Source: a virus
IMG/VR virus record: IMGVR_UViG_3300047510_001751
Location: 64,001-128,000 of that record
Direction: 5' to 3' (one strand)
Length of the DNA: 64,000 nt
This document shows positions 54,629 through 64,000 of this stretch, in pieces. The notes below the pieces were generated by a model. That model worked only from the letters and a program-made list of their open reading frames with translations, did not search any database and was not told the origin of the DNA. The number at the start of each line of letters is the position of its first letter. Within the stretch, counting starts at the first letter, position 1. The position numbers and the translations under genes were made by a program.

Positions 54629-57600
54629 TTATCTAATAAAGGTTTTTAAAATAGTAAATTCTATACTGGAACCATCGGAAATAGCATTATCTAATGTAGT
54701 TGTTAGTCTAACATCTCCATTAGAATCGAAATCAAAAGTAGCGTCGTATAAAAGATTTCCCGAAAGTAAGCTTTCGTACTCTATGTTATATATGTTTGCT
54801 CCGTTAGCAATAATATTATAATCAACCATATGTTTTTCGTAAGTTGATAAATCAACAGCTATAATAGTTAACTTACAAGCAGAAGCTAAATCAGGATCAT
54901 ATAAAACATAAGAATTAAAATTATTAGTTCCTTTTAATAAAGTAAATTTATTAGTTTCTAATACAACATTTGCCAAACCAAAATAAGTTAAAGTTCTATC
55001 TAAAATTTTCTCTCCTGTATAAGAACCTTCAGTAAAAGTTTTATTTACGTAGATATCACCAGTAGCACTTAATCTTAGTAAAGCATCATTAGTAACACCA
55101 GATTTTAATCCGATATCTAAATTATTTTTGCCAGAATAAAGCTTTGTTATTGTAGAACTTGTCGAATCAATACCAAAGGTATCACTGGAGTATCTGACAC
55201 CATCGACATTAATGTTTAGGATATTATTATTTGATGTTATAGTATTTGCTGTTTGGAATGTTAGTGCTGTTTTTGTAACACGTAAAGTATTGTCTCCGTC
55301 ATTATAAAAATATAAGATGTTTTCATTAGCTCCAGATGATGATTCTGGGATAATATAGGTATTACCATCAACGTCTCTTACACCACCTAAACTTGTCCAA
55401 GCAGTGCCGTTATATCCTTCGTATTGTGTTGTTGCTGTATTAAATCTAACAGCACCAGCTTGAGGAATTCCTCTATTTGAACTATTTCCTACAGGAAGAA
55501 CAAACGAAGTAGTTGAGTTAACTTTAACTAATTTTCCAGTAAATGGAGTAATAGTAATATCTTCTGTTACGCTAGAAATATCACTATCCGTAAGTTTTAA
55601 TTTGTTGTTTACATTTACTACACTATTAATATTAACGTTATTAATATTATTAAATGTCAAATTACCGTAAATAGTTCTAATAAATTCATAATCATTTGTA
55701 GTTCCTGTTGTATGTGTAGGACCAGCACCACCAGAAGTTAAGTTTGTCGTTATTCTATAAACATTAGTTTCATTATATACTAAATTATTTTCCTCATAAA
55801 CTGTAGCAGGCTCCCATTTTTGAACACCAACTATATCAATTGATGATATAGTATTAGCAGATCTAAATTCAAGTTTATCCTGATCTAACTGTAATGAATT
55901 AAAGTTATTATTGTAAAAATATAAAATATTTTCGTTAGATCCAGCTGAAGTTTCTGGAATAATATACGTGTTGCCATCAACGTCTCTTACGCCACCTAAA
56001 CTACTCCAAGCAGTTAATCCATAACCTTCAAATTGTTGATTGCTTGTATTAAATCTAATAGCTCCAGTTGTTGCTGAACCTCGTTGTCCAGTTGTTCCAA
56101 AAGGAATAACTAAACATGACTGAGAATCAACAACTACATTAGTGCCCACAGAGGGTCTGATTGTTAACCCAGATGATTGGGTTGCTATTAAATTTGAAGT
56201 AAAAGTTAAATTTTGATTTACACTTAATGAAGTATTATTTAAATTAAGAGAACCATTAGAAGAAACTATGGAATTTATACCTTCAAAAACTAGTTCATTT
56301 TCTGTGATGTTTAATGTATTTGTATTATTATTATAGAAATAAAATACATTATCATTTGCTCCTACAGAAGATTCGGCAAGCAAATATGTATTGCCATCAG
56401 TATCTCTAACACTTCCTAAGCTAGACCAAACATTTGTGTCGCCATCGTAACCTTCAAATTGTCTGGTATCAGTATTAAATCTAATAGCTCCAGTTTCAGC
56501 ATCTAGCTGTGGTCTTTGTACCTGAGAACCTACAGGAACAATTAGTGCTCTGTTAGAATCGAGCTTTATATTTTTTCCTGGGGAGGGCTTTAAAATTAAT
56601 GGAGTTTCTAAAAGAGTAGAAATTGTATTATCTACAATAGTTGTAATATCATTTACATTTAATCCATCAAGACATTTAACTTCACCGTTGGTAGTTAGAT
56701 TACCGTTAGAAGATTCAATTGATAAGGTTGTGGCATTATTATCAATAATATTAATTCTACTTGTATTGATATTAATATCGTTAACTACATCAAATTCTAA
56801 AATATTTGATGATGATAATTTTGGTGTTGAAATATCTGTTATTGCTGATAATGTGTCTGTTACGATTACATCTGAAGCAATATTATCAATAAACCCAGAT
56901 GTTCCTGTAAATGATACTGCCTCGACATCTCCAGTTAAAACTTCTACTTTTACTGGATTTGTTACAGATATACCAGTTGCTGTGAATATAAATCCACTAC
57001 CATCACTCGTATCTATAATTTCATATGTTGCTTGGTCAGCAATATTATTAACACCAGATATTACAATTACATCTTCTACATCATATCCTGTTCCAGGATC
57101 ATTTATTTCAATATTAGTAATATTGCCACCACCGATTTCGGTAATTACAATAGTGGCGGTTCCACTTCCAATAGTAATTAAATCATTGATTGAATATCCC
57201 GATCCAGGAGTATTAATTACTGCCGAAGTTACTTCTCCGCCAGTTACTCCAGATACAGAAAATTGACCTCCCGTACCATCAGGAATTGTTAATACGTCAC
57301 CAATTTCATAATTTTGCCCGCCGTTTACAATATTAATACCTGAAATAGTGCCACCCAAAACAGATGTTACTGTTGCTGTGCCTCCAGTACCCCCATCAAT
57401 AGTTAAAATATCATTTACTTGATACTCAACTCCCCCTGAATTAATAATAACTGAAGAAATCTCACCTCCAGGAGTAACCGAAGATATAGATAATATAACA
57501 TCATCTGGCGCTGGCTCTCCAGTCTCTGGATCTAATGCCTGAGAACCAGGAATAGACACAAGTTCTCCTTGAACATATCCACTACCACCAGAATTTATAG

Positions 57601-58759
57601 TTATATTTGATGGAATTCCTCCAGCATCAACCACGTAATCAAAAGTTAAACCAACCCCAGTTGATAAGAAATCTAAGGGATTTGTTGGTTGATTTGTATA
57701 TGTTCCTGGAGTGTAAACGCTACCAACATTATCTACATTAAAAGAAGAAACAACATTTTGTGGTTCTGCTATAATATCTATCGTAGCATTATTGCCAAAT
57801 CCACCGCTTACAGTTGTTGTTGATGTGGTGTATCCAGAACCAACCGAAGTTAAACTAAGTTGATCGATTTCTCCAGCATTTAGTACAGAAATTGAAACTG
57901 ATGCCCCAGTTCCATTTCCTCCTGTGGGACTATAAACTCCATCAAAATAATTAGAACCAGGAATTATATTTTCTATAGTTCCAATAATACCTCCCGTTGA
58001 GGCAACAATATCTAGAGTAAGACCAGAACCTAATCCACCAGTGGTAGATACGTTCTGTGTAGTAACATATCCTTCTGTTCCATTTAAAAATCCAATCTGT
58101 TCAGGAACTCCATTTACTGAAGCAGTAATATCTACTGTTAGACCAGTTCCAGATCCGCCAGTCGTAGGTACATTTAAACCAGAAACATAAGTTTGCCCAC
58201 TGGTTATTAAACTTAATTCGACTACTCTTCCCGTGGGATCATTCGATATTCCTTGAGGAGCAACAGTTAGATCATCACCAATTACATAACTATAACCGCC
58301 ATCAGTAATAATTACATCAGAAACAGATCCATTGACATCTACGGTAATGGTAGCTTTTGCTCCCGTTCCTGTACCACCCAAAACATTTATATCTGAATAA
58401 GTTCCTTCAGCATATCCAGATCCATTATTAGTAATTTGTATATTTGCTGTTGATAAAGATCTTTTTTCAGTGTATAAATTTTGAGCAAAATATGATCCAG
58501 TGGGGGATAATGATAAAACAGGTTTTCCACCACCAGCAAAACCTAGACGTTGAGCGCCATCTTTGTAAATTCCTAAAGTAATATCAGATTCAAATGTCAA
58601 TGATGGCGAAGTTAAAGATCCATCAGCATATTCTGTTTTAAAAACAGTAATGCTAGATTGTCCCGATGTATAATCATACACATCTTGAGCAATTAAATTA
58701 ATCTTTTGCCTTTGAGTTTCAAATGTGTCTGTTTTAGCAACGGATCTAAGAACTGCCAT
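54629..58759 (-). CDS. Large repeat-rich virion structural protein (baseplate/fibre), 1376 aa
   Basis: N-terminal KTDTFETQRQKIN; many GxGY modules; three GAIRFNT...EGY...W.SLG.VRD.DGNTY repeats. Confidence 0.8.
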   Translation of the reverse strand: MAVLRSVAKTDTFETQRQKINLIAQDVYDYTSGQSSITVFKTEYADGSLTSPSLTFESDITLGIYKDGAQRLGFAGGGKPVLSLSPTGSYFAQNLYTEKRSLSTANIQITNNGSGYAEGTYSDINVLGGTGTGAKATITVDVNGSVSDVIITDGGYSYVIGDDLTVAPQGISNDPTGRVVELSLITSGQTYVSGLNVPTTGGSGTGLTVDITASVNGVPEQIGFLNGTEGYVTTQNVSTTGGLGSGLTLDIVASTGGIIGTIENIIPGSNYFDGVYSPTGGNGTGASVSISVLNAGEIDQLSLTSVGSGYTTSTTTVSGGFGNNATIDIIAEPQNVVSSFNVDNVGSVYTPGTYTNQPTNPLDFLSTGVGLTFDYVVDAGGIPSNITINSGGSGYVQGELVSIPGSQALDPETGEPAPDDVILSISSVTPGGEISSVIINSGGVEYQVNDILTIDGGTGGTATVTSVLGGTISGINIVNGGQNYEIGDVLTIPDGTGGQFSVSGVTGGEVTSAVINTPGSGYSINDLITIGSGTATIVITEIGGGNITNIEINDPGTGYDVEDVIVISGVNNIADQATYEIIDTSDGSGFIFTATGISVTNPVKVEVLTGDVEAVSFTGTSGFIDNIASDVIVTDTLSAITDISTPKLSSSNILEFDVVNDININTSRINIIDNNATTLSIESSNGNLTTNGEVKCLDGLNVNDITTIVDNTISTLLETPLILKPSPGKNIKLDSNRALIVPVGSQVQRPQLDAETGAIRFNTDTRQFEGYDGDTNVWSSLGSVRDTDGNTYLLAESSVGANDNVFYFYNNNTNTLNITENELVFEGINSIVSSNGSLNLNNTSLSVNQNLTFTSNLIATQSSGLTIRPSVGTNVVVDSQSCLVIPFGTTGQRGSATTGAIRFNTSNQQFEGYGLTAWSSLGGVRDVDGNTYIIPETSAGSNENILYFYNNNFNSLQLDQDKLEFRSANTISSIDIVGVQKWEPATVYEENNLVYNETNVYRITTNLTSGGAGPTHTTGTTNDYEFIRTIYGNLTFNNINNVNINSVVNVNNKLKLTDSDISSVTEDITITPFTGKLVKVNSTTSFVLPVGNSSNRGIPQAGAVRFNTATTQYEGYNGTAWTSLGGVRDVDGNTYIIPESSSGANENILYFYNDGDNTLRVTKTALTFQTANTITSNNNILNINVDGVRYSSDTFGIDSTSSTITKLYSGKNNLDIGLKSGVTNDALLRLSATGDIYVNKTFTEGSYTGEKILDRTLTYFGLANVVLETNKFTLLKGTNNFNSYVLYDPDLASACKLTIIAVDLSTYEKHMVDYNIIANGANIYNIEYESLLSGNLLYDATFDFDSNGDVRLTTTLDNAISDGSSIEFTILKTFIR
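55300..56560 (-). repeat. Three approx. 70-aa repeats P.G...QR...GA[IV]RFNT...Q[FY]EGY...W[ST]SLG.VRD.DGNTY...ES.G.N[DE]N..YFYN
   Basis: Seen in protein and DNA (ttgccatcaacgtctct... recurs). Confidence 0.85.
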
Positions 58760-58943
58760 TTCTTATTATCTCTCTGAGAAGCTGTTTGATTTCAGATATT
58801 TCTTCCTTCAAAGTATTTATGTCATCTCTCATGACATTAAATTCTGTTGACAATTTTTTTGTGGGGCGTTCTTTACTTATGATCGCCCCAGTAGTCATGT
58901 CTCTAACTAAACTTGGATGCCCCTCTACAGAAATGTATTTCAT
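58746..58943 (-). CDS. Small hypothetical protein with C-terminal coiled coil (65 aa)
   Basis: MKYISVEGHPSLVRDMTTGAII...INTLKEEISEIKQLL; overlaps both neighbours. Confidence 0.75.
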   Translation of the reverse strand: MKYISVEGHPSLVRDMTTGAIISKERPTKKLSTEFNVMRDDINTLKEEISEIKQLLREIIRNGSS

Positions 58944-61900
58944 CAGTATGAAGCAACGGCACGAAGATCTTGAATCTTCGGAATATAAGCTGGGTCTTCA
59001 GTTTTCATAACAATTTTAATAGCAAATGATGTAAATTCTGGTAAATTATTAGCACTATATTTAAATTCTTGATAGAATGATTGCTTTTCAAATTGCCCAG
59101 AAATTGAATTAGATACTGTAGCTAAATCATCATTATCAGGATTGCCATCTACATTGAAATAATTCCAATTAATGTCATCAAAATTAGATTGAGCCGATGT
59201 TTCTTTAATTTTATACAAAACTTTAACATTTTCCGTATCTTTTAAATTAATCGTTAATCTAACATCAATAGAAGTTCCTGGAGAATTGATCGAAACTTCT
59301 TTAGTGACATATTTAGAAACAGCGGAGCTATTCTTAGCATCAGTTTCTTTAACATAATCAACTCCAGTAGTAAATTCCATGGAAGCAACTTCCACATATT
59401 TTTCGTCAGAAGATCTTAAAATATCGCCAACTCTAAAAATATCTGGAGTTTGATTTGCTGAATTTTCTTGTCTAACAAAAGGACTATCTTTAGTAATTTT
59501 ACTAGTATAATCATTATTAATTGGAGCATATGAATTTTCAACAATCATTTCTTTATCTTTGGAATCCCAAATAATTACTCTACCGTTAATTTTGTTTGAA
59601 TAATCTACGTTTACATTTTGTGGATAATAAGCAATTACGTTAGAATTTTCACTAAAGTTAAACTCTAGCTCAGAAATTGCCGAAATTGTAATATTTATTG
59701 TATCAATTATAATCCCATCAGAACCAATTAATGTGGCAGTTTCATTTTGAATAAACGGAGTTTTGGTTTTTAATCTAATTAAAACAACGCTGTTAGTAAT
59801 TTGAACAATTGTACCTTCTGCTTTAGATGTTGTTCCCACCAAAGTTTGGTTTTGTCCAAGCTGACCAGCTGTTCCTACAATGTTTAAAGATAAATTGTAT
59901 AAAGGTAAGAAACGCAATATTTGATTTCTTTTTCCATATCTATTTTCAAACCCAGTAGAATTTTCTACACGAGAAGATTGAGTTTTTACCGAAGATAATC
60001 TTAAATCAATAACAGGAGAAATATTAGAATTGGAAGAAGATAAAATAAATTTATATGTGAGAGATCTATCAATTTGATTTAATGTTTCGTTAATTCTGGA
60101 TGATAATATTTTTTGATTAGTGAAAAACTGCTCTTCGTTAATAAAAGTCTTTTCAAAATCTGTTTGAGAATATGAAACATAATTAGTGGTGTTTGAATCT
60201 ACAGGAACAATGTTAGTTGTCTTGACAAAAGATTCTACATTAGTGCCATCTAGTTTTAAAAATGCTACCTGAGCATAAAGTTTTTCGAATTTTCTATTAT
60301 AAGAAGCGAGAACTTTATTTCCTCCCCCCAAAACGCTAGCCCCAGCTCTATTAGGACCCACAATATTGTATGTATCGATACCCGAATTAGTAATTTTGAA
60401 TAATTCACTATTTAAACTTACCGATGAAATACCGCCAACGTCTTCACAATTTTTAAAGAATACGTAAGATTTTCCTTTATCTTCAAATCCATTATCTCTG
60501 TGAGATACTTTAATAATAGAATTATTATTTTTAAATAATGATGAAGTAGCATTAGTAGCAGACCTTACACTAGTTTCAAATGGAGAAGTATCTAGAAGCT
60601 CGTAACCTAGGTTTTCATTTGTCACCAAAAGCTCGGCATTTCTTGAGGTATCAAATTCTGCTTTATAAAGGTTAAATTTAATATCTTCAAATAAATCTTC
60701 CGTCCAGTTGTCTGTGTTTTGTGATTTGTACACTGATCCTAATGAAGGTTGAGCGGAAACTACGTTGCTAGTAGAAATTTCAGTTTCTCCCAACTTAGAA
60801 GCCCACAACTCATATTCAATAGAATCTGTTTCAACGTTTAAAGCATACTCTGTGTTATTTTGTAAGTAAACTGGATATTTAAAATTAAATCTAGTAGGAA
60901 CAGTAGATGGTGTCACACCGTCTCTATCGACAGCTACACCCATTGAAACCGCTGGGGCATCAATCTCAATTACTGACTCGATTACAGCTCCTCCTGAGCC
61001 CGTACCGACGCCTCTAATAACAACTGACGGGGCTTCGGTATATCCCCTACCAGTTAATGATAAGTTTGTGTTATAAATTTTTCCTTCAGAAACATCAACT
61101 GTACCCGTGGCTGTACTGCCACCTGGCAATTGAGGACTTTCAATAATAATAGTAGCACTTGTATAATTTTCGCCCACCTGAGTCACTTTTAAGTCAACAA
61201 CTTTTCCAGAATCCTTAGCTATAAACACAGACACATTAGTATTGTTTCTGGCATTATACTCTCGAATAGAAGGTATAATTAATTGTTCATTTTGTACAAA
61301 TGATACTCCATTATGATTTTCTAAAATTAAAGTATATACTTGTTCTTTATTTAATTCAAAAGTTGTTGATGTTTCGTCTCCAATTTGAATATTATTTTTA
61401 TCAAATACTTTTAAAACAGGTCCACTAGCGTTGGAATTTTTTCCATTGACGAATTCAGATTTTTTAATGGAGATAGTTTCTACATCTCCTGTTACGTAAA
61501 TTTTTAATAAAGTTTCTGGTCTTAGAGTACATTCAGATCCAGGAACAATATATTTTCCAGGCTTACCAGTATCAACGTTAGTCAAATAAGTTCTAATTGG
61601 AATCGAAGAACTCTTCTTGGCAAAATATAAATCAACGCCAGTAACAAATATACCCCCCTCGTAATTTTCAATTTTAATAGTTTGAGCTAGAGGATTTGGT
61701 TTAATTTCTAAATCAGTATTGCTATTAACAAGCTGAACTCCTTCGTTTGCTTTAAAGAATGCTGTTTCTGTAGATACAATAGAAGGAGGATTTTGTGGAA
61801 TTACACCAGTAGCATAGAATTTAACATCAGCATAAGTATCTACATTTTCTTTAATTTCGTTTGAAGAACTCGAAGTAAATCTAATTGTTTTAGCTCCAGC

Positions 61901-64000
61901 AACAAATCTAATTTCTTCTGAATTTTCGTCATAAGAAATTGTGTCTGGATTACCAGTCCATCTGCTATTTTCAGTTGGTGCTTTGCCAGCAGGAATCAAT
62001 ATAATACCACTCAAATTTCCATTAATGTCAGTTACTAAAGGAGAATTAAATGTAGATAAAGAATTTCCAGGTACACCAGTAAACCTAGTATCAGGAACAA
62101 TCCACTTACCAATATCTCTATTGTCCATAAAGACGTAAACTTTGGTATTTGGTTTTAATCTATTGACAACAAATTTTACAGGAATAGATCTAGCAAAGAA
62201 TTGTAATTCAGTAGAAACACTAGTTTCGTTTACTGTTTTTGAGTTTACTCCTTTAGCTAATTCGTTGTTTTGTGTGCTTACATTTGAAGAGCTAGCAACT
62301 AAAGCATTTGTTACAGATGATTGAATTTCTTCACTATTAATATTGGCAAGTGATTCAATATTGTAGAAAGATTTATTAGTTCCTGTCCAATTAACAATAA
62401 ATGAATTGTGTAAACTAGCAAATGATTCTTTTACATCTTCTTTGGCTAAGAAAATTGTATTTAATTTTGTGTTCGTATCGTTTACTAATGGAGCTACAGT
62501 TGTGTCATACCATTGATCTATAGTGGGAGAAAGCGACCCCTCTCCAACATATTGAATTACAACAAATGGATTTGGATTTAAAGTTTTTGTAGCATTATCA
62601 TTGCCTAAAAATTTTAAGCTCTTGAATGGAAGAGTGATCACTCCATTATTATTAACATATCCAGCAACACTTCTTTGATCAGTTCTCGTATTAACTTCAA
62701 CTAAACCAAAACAATCTTCTTTTGTTTGTGGTCTTAATACAGATTGCTGTGAGTCAATAGCACATCTATAATCAATGGAAGATAGATTGCCTACTTTATG
62801 AGCTTCAAAGTTATCTACAATAAAACCGCTCTTAAATCTATCTAAACCAATTTCATCCTTAACTTGCATATTTAATGCTTGCTGCTCAAGGATACTTAAA
62901 GTAGTATAATATTCTAGTCTTTCAATTCTTTTCTCAAGCTTTCCAATATCCTTCATTGTATAACGTCTATTGTTAACAGGGATAATTCTTACATCTTTAC
63001 TGTTATTTGTGTAAGCAGGAATATGAAGATAGCATAAAGCAATAGCATCATCAACAGGATCTGGTTTCGATGGATTTAATGAAGAATTGCCTTGTTTTAC
63101 GATAAAATCACCTTTCTTAGTTAAGAATACACCATCAATACGATCTAAGTACTGAGTTTCTGTAAATGAAACTGTATATTCTAAATTACTATCGGATGCT
63201 GGGGTTAAGGAAGTTACACCACCAGATCCAACAAAGTTTACATAATCTCTTCCGTTTGGATTGGATAAAATTGAAATGTCTTGGAAACCAGTGACGGTAG
63301 TTTCACTGTCTACTTTTGGTCTAAAATCAATAGCATCCTTGAGTGAAATTACGCCATTAACAGAAGAATTGAATAGTGGAATTTCATCTACAGAAACTCC
63401 AGCTTCGTGTAGATAAGAATCTACAGTACAAAAATCTCCTTGTGAATGTTCAAAATAATCAAACGCAACTACCAATTGTCCAGTTGGGGGATCAAAACCA
63501 GGCTTCAATACAATTCTAGAAACATCGTAGAAAGTATCTCTTTGACCATCATCAAAAGTAAATTTGTATGTAATGTCAGTACCACTTACTAGGTTGCCAT
63601 TGGCATCCACATTAGGTGGGTTTGTTGTTGTGCCTTCGTAAATATATCTTAATTTGTAAGCATCTGAATATGAGAAAGTTTCAATGGTTTCTCCGTCATA
63701 ATCCTGCCCCCTCAAAGGAATTACTCTATCTCCACTAGAAATCACTACAACTCTTTTATTTCTTATAGCAGTTTTTAATCTAGGTCTTGCTTTATCAATT
63801 TCGATAGTAGCAGTTAACTTAAGTTTGGGAAATGTGCCACCTAGAGGAATATCCCCAAAGTAATTTGTTGGTAAATTAATTACAAAAGCTCCAGCAGAAA
63901 CTTGATTAGCACTAATTTCCGATTGAATAATACTTACATTATCTGGAGAAATGTAAACAATATCACCATTATCAACTACAGTAGAAGAACCTCTATCTAA
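58943..64000 (-). CDS. Very large virion structural protein (DUF4815/VrlC-like), 5' part outside the window
   Basis: Frame stays open from the track's GTG start at 63745 to the window edge (LDRGSSTVVDNG...RLKTAIRNKRVVV); RFKSGFIVDNF, QSLAQTI-like and RIKDLRAVA-like motifs of cyanomyovirus baseplate-associated proteins. Confidence 0.8.
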   Translation of the reverse strand, partial: LDRGSSTVVDNGDIVYISPDNVSIIQSEISANQVSAGAFVINLPTNYFGDIPLGGTFPKLKLTATIEIDKARPRLKTAIRNKRVVVISSGDRVIPLRGQDYDGETIETFSYSDAYKLRYIYEGTTTNPPNVDANGNLVSGTDITYKFTFDDGQRDTFYDVSRIVLKPGFDPPTGQLVVAFDYFEHSQGDFCTVDSYLHEAGVSVDEIPLFNSSVNGVISLKDAIDFRPKVDSETTVTGFQDISILSNPNGRDYVNFVGSGGVTSLTPASDSNLEYTVSFTETQYLDRIDGVFLTKKGDFIVKQGNSSLNPSKPDPVDDAIALCYLHIPAYTNNSKDVRIIPVNNRRYTMKDIGKLEKRIERLEYYTTLSILEQQALNMQVKDEIGLDRFKSGFIVDNFEAHKVGNLSSIDYRCAIDSQQSVLRPQTKEDCFGLVEVNTRTDQRSVAGYVNNNGVITLPFKSLKFLGNDNATKTLNPNPFVVIQYVGEGSLSPTIDQWYDTTVAPLVNDTNTKLNTIFLAKEDVKESFASLHNSFIVNWTGTNKSFYNIESLANINSEEIQSSVTNALVASSSNVSTQNNELAKGVNSKTVNETSVSTELQFFARSIPVKFVVNRLKPNTKVYVFMDNRDIGKWIVPDTRFTGVPGNSLSTFNSPLVTDINGNLSGIILIPAGKAPTENSRWTGNPDTISYDENSEEIRFVAGAKTIRFTSSSSNEIKENVDTYADVKFYATGVIPQNPPSIVSTETAFFKANEGVQLVNSNTDLEIKPNPLAQTIKIENYEGGIFVTGVDLYFAKKSSSIPIRTYLTNVDTGKPGKYIVPGSECTLRPETLLKIYVTGDVETISIKKSEFVNGKNSNASGPVLKVFDKNNIQIGDETSTTFELNKEQVYTLILENHNGVSFVQNEQLIIPSIREYNARNNTNVSVFIAKDSGKVVDLKVTQVGENYTSATIIIESPQLPGGSTATGTVDVSEGKIYNTNLSLTGRGYTEAPSVVIRGVGTGSGGAVIESVIEIDAPAVSMGVAVDRDGVTPSTVPTRFNFKYPVYLQNNTEYALNVETDSIEYELWASKLGETEISTSNVVSAQPSLGSVYKSQNTDNWTEDLFEDIKFNLYKAEFDTSRNAELLVTNENLGYELLDTSPFETSVRSATNATSSLFKNNNSIIKVSHRDNGFEDKGKSYVFFKNCEDVGGISSVSLNSELFKITNSGIDTYNIVGPNRAGASVLGGGNKVLASYNRKFEKLYAQVAFLKLDGTNVESFVKTTNIVPVDSNTTNYVSYSQTDFEKTFINEEQFFTNQKILSSRINETLNQIDRSLTYKFILSSSNSNISPVIDLRLSSVKTQSSRVENSTGFENRYGKRNQILRFLPLYNLSLNIVGTAGQLGQNQTLVGTTSKAEGTIVQITNSVVLIRLKTKTPFIQNETATLIGSDGIIIDTINITISAISELEFNFSENSNVIAYYPQNVNVDYSNKINGRVIIWDSKDKEMIVENSYAPINNDYTSKITKDSPFVRQENSANQTPDIFRVGDILRSSDEKYVEVASMEFTTGVDYVKETDAKNSSAVSKYVTKEVSINSPGTSIDVRLTINLKDTENVKVLYKIKETSAQSNFDDINWNYFNVDGNPDNDDLATVSNSISGQFEKQSFYQEFKYSANNLPEFTSFAIKIVMKTEDPAYIPKIQDLRAVASY

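Noticed and set aside
56688-57266. 192-aa plus-strand hydrophobic ORF antisense to the 1376-aa gene
   Set aside because: Shadow of Thr/Asn/Gly-rich repeat coding on the minus strand, with no independent support.
63745-64000. ORF-track start at 63745
   Set aside because: The frame is open to the window edge; the GTG is internal and the true start lies outside the window.
1-64000. CRISPR arrays, transposases, integrase/att sites, stop-codon recoding
   Set aside because: No regularly spaced repeats with spacers, no IS or integrase motifs, and core genes translate intact with the standard code.

Overview
64-kb segment of a T4-like (Tevenvirinae/Kyanoviridae-type) cyanomyovirus genome, almost entirely coded on the minus strand. 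In transcription order (64000 -> 1) it holds a large DUF4815/VrlC-like structural protein cut by the window edge, repeat-rich baseplate/fibre proteins, a 3905-aa fibre with a C-terminal S74-type chaperone, and a Gly-rich gp38-like adhesin. Then come four tandem 2OG-Fe(II) oxygenases, the neck/tail/head module (gp13-16, four inserted ORFs, gp17-23) and gp3, uvsY, uvsW, gp55, gp47, gp46. These are followed by a peptidase-vWA plus MoxR/CobS-like AAA+ pair, gp45/44/62, regA, hsp20, three Sm-like paralogues, gp43, uvsX, gp41, mazG, tRNA-Ser(UGA), small late genes and an Ig-domain virion protein. I saw no CRISPR array, intron, intein or transposase. A cyanobacterial host is inferred from gene order and a canonical NtcA promoter. 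The most notable signals are: (1) a G-X-X adhesin followed by a late-promoter-driven hydroxylase cluster; (2) a perfect NtcA class II promoter (GTA-N8-TAC-N22-TATAAT) in front of a small Cys protein that overlaps the terminase start; (3) a ROSE-like RNA thermometer in the hsp20 leader; (4) back-to-back sigma70 promoters at gp55, one pointing antisense; (5) a shared upstream promoter motif on the vWA and AAA+ genes. All family assignments come from motif recognition only; no database searches were run.
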